64,000 nucleotides of DNA, taken from contig BTUM01000006.1 of the NCBI GenBank assembly GCA_045863235.1, forward strand, positions 104,002 to 168,001, given 5' to 3'. Origin of the DNA: Candidatus Xenobia bacterium. GTDB lineage: Bacteria; Vulcanimicrobiota; Xenobia; Xenobiales; QWHO01. The notes below the pieces were generated by a model. It saw only the letters and a program-made list of their open reading frames with translations, made no database searches and was not told the origin of the DNA. The stretch's first letter is position 1; each line of letters starts with the position of its first letter. Position numbers and translations under genes: made by a program. Below, in pieces: positions 62,556 through 64,000 of this stretch.

Positions 62556-63934
62556 CCGGCTGGTTGCTGCTCATGGTGCTGGCCGGCTCGCTGGCCGCCT
62601 GGCGGGCCACCCTGAGCTTGCGCGCTCGCCTGCGCATTCTGCTGTCGGGAGCGGTGGTGGGGGCGCTGGCGGTGCCGCTGGCGCACATGCTGGTCGGGAG
62701 AGCCAGGGGCTGGGCCGACTGGTTGAGTTTCCTGGTGCTGCTCTGGCCGGCGCTGGCCGTGCTCTCGCCCCGCCACCGGTTGCGCTTCAGCGTGGCAGAC
62801 GGCTTCTTGCTGGGGTTTCTGGCCGGACTCGGCTATGACCTGTACGCAGTGTCCCTGGCCGGGGGGGCGGTCAAGTTCGCCTGGTTGCCTCTGGTGAAGG
62901 GCCAGCCCTGGTCGGGCTACGCCTTCGGCTGCGGCCTGGCCGGCCTGGCCCTGGTGGCCGGGCGCCGCTTCACCCTGGCCCAGGCCGGGGGCTGGGTGTG
63001 GTGCCTGGCGGCCCTGGCCGTGGCCACGGTCGACCGGATGCAACTGGTGAGACTCGATCCCAGGATCTTCCCCTGCCTGGCCCTGGCCATCGCCTTCGTG
63101 CTGGGCGAGCGCGAGCAGCGCTGGTTGCGCCGCTCGCCGGTCTATGCCCAGCTCAAGAGCTTGCCCGACCTCGCTGTGCCGGCCCTGCAGGCGGGCCTGT
63201 TTGCCTATCTCCGGGCGGCCCGCCGCCGCCGCCAGGTCATGCTCGAGCGGGCCGAGCTGGTCAAGATGGGCAACACCAGCTTCTTCGCCCTGCCCCGCCA
63301 GGAGCGCTGGAGCGCCCCGCCCGACCTTCCCGCCCTGCTGCTCGGCGCGGCTGCCTTCCTTTCGCTGCTGGCTTTCCCGGCCTCGCTGGGAGCGACGCCG
63401 CTGGCCACCTTCTTGCCGGCCGCCGGCATCTTGTGGTGCTTCCTGCGCCTGCCCGAGCTCGAGCCCGAGGAGGCCGACCGGGTGGCCTGCACCCGGGCTG
63501 AGGAGCTGACCGTGAACTGTGGGCTGCTGCTGGTGGTGCTGTGTCTGGTGGCCGGGGTGGGGTCGGCCGGGCCCTTCGCGCCCGCCTTCTCAGTGAGCTC
63601 TTATGCCCTGGTGGTAGCCCTGGCCGCCTCCACCCTGACGGGCACCCAGCGGGCCGAGGCGGCGGCCTTGCGCACTGCGACCGAGCGGCGCATGAACTGG
63701 GTTCACCGCGGCTTGCTCGCTGCCAAGACGGTGCTGGTGGCCCTGGGCTGCGCCTGGCTGTTTGGCGGTTGGAAGGGGCTGCTGGCGCCCATCGTGGCCG
63801 ACAGCTTGCCGGGCTGGTCGATCGCTCCCGCGGCAGTGGCGCTCTTTGCTCTGCTCGGGGCGATTGCAGCTGGATTCCTCAATGCCTTCACGGATAGAGT
63901 CGAGTCTGCTCTGCGGGGCGGCCTCAAGTCATAG
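62540..63934 (+). CDS. Multi-pass membrane protein, possibly degenerate PrsW-like
   Basis: Many TMs. DGFLLGFLAGLGY resembles the PrsW DG..G...G.GF motif, but no EE motif is visible. Confidence 0.55.
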   Translation: MDRAVTGWLLLMVLAGSLAAWRATLSLRARLRILLSGAVVGALAVPLAHMLVGRARGWADWLSFLVLLWPALAVLSPRHRLRFSVADGFLLGFLAGLGYDLYAVSLAGGAVKFAWLPLVKGQPWSGYAFGCGLAGLALVAGRRFTLAQAGGWVWCLAALAVATVDRMQLVRLDPRIFPCLALAIAFVLGEREQRWLRRSPVYAQLKSLPDLAVPALQAGLFAYLRAARRRRQVMLERAELVKMGNTSFFALPRQERWSAPPDLPALLLGAAAFLSLLAFPASLGATPLATFLPAAGILWCFLRLPELEPEEADRVACTRAEELTVNCGLLLVVLCLVAGVGSAGPFAPAFSVSSYALVVALAASTLTGTQRAEAAALRTATERRMNWVHRGLLAAKTVLVALGCAWLFGGWKGLLAPIVADSLPGWSIAPAAVALFALLGAIAAGFLNAFTDRVESALRGGLKS

Positions 63935-64000
63935 CCTGTCGATCCCCCTGTGCTGGTATGATGCCTACAGGCAGCCAGCAATGGCGCCCCTGCTAGGGAA

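Overview
High-GC bacterial DNA from a diderm organism (it encodes a Wza/SLBB export protein and a TPR/beta-barrel porin). No rRNA, tRNA, CRISPR array or mobile element was recognised. Four blocks: (1) 1-9.8 kb, metabolic and housekeeping genes (GlnA-family fragment, amidohydrolase with an apparent CTG start, homocysteine S-methyltransferase family, long RluA, deaminase, TPR protein) and a Ser-rich, repeat-containing papain/calpain-like protease. (2) 9.9-44.5 kb, a strand-scrambled Wzx/Wzy exopolysaccharide locus with duplicated co-polymerase/BY-kinase genes and many tailoring enzymes (WbuXYZ-type and AsnB-type amidotransferases, sulfotransferase, acyltransferase, methyltransferases, a DMFase-beta family protein). 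It encloses the best candidate for an undescribed system: an HprK-related kinase, a divergent degenerate paralog of it, a nucleotidyltransferase, and a PqqD/RRE domain fused to a twin-arginine leader and a 16-Cys C-terminal domain (28.4-31.8 kb). (3) 44.7-58.7 kb, a rearranged Pel-type operon with split PelA, no recognisable PelC, an inserted STAS protein, a PelD lacking the RxxD site and a tandem PilZ protein. (4) 58.7-64 kb, a GAF histidine kinase and a Ser/Thr kinase operon. All calls come from motif recognition by eye, no searches were run, and several starts were adjusted from the ORF track.
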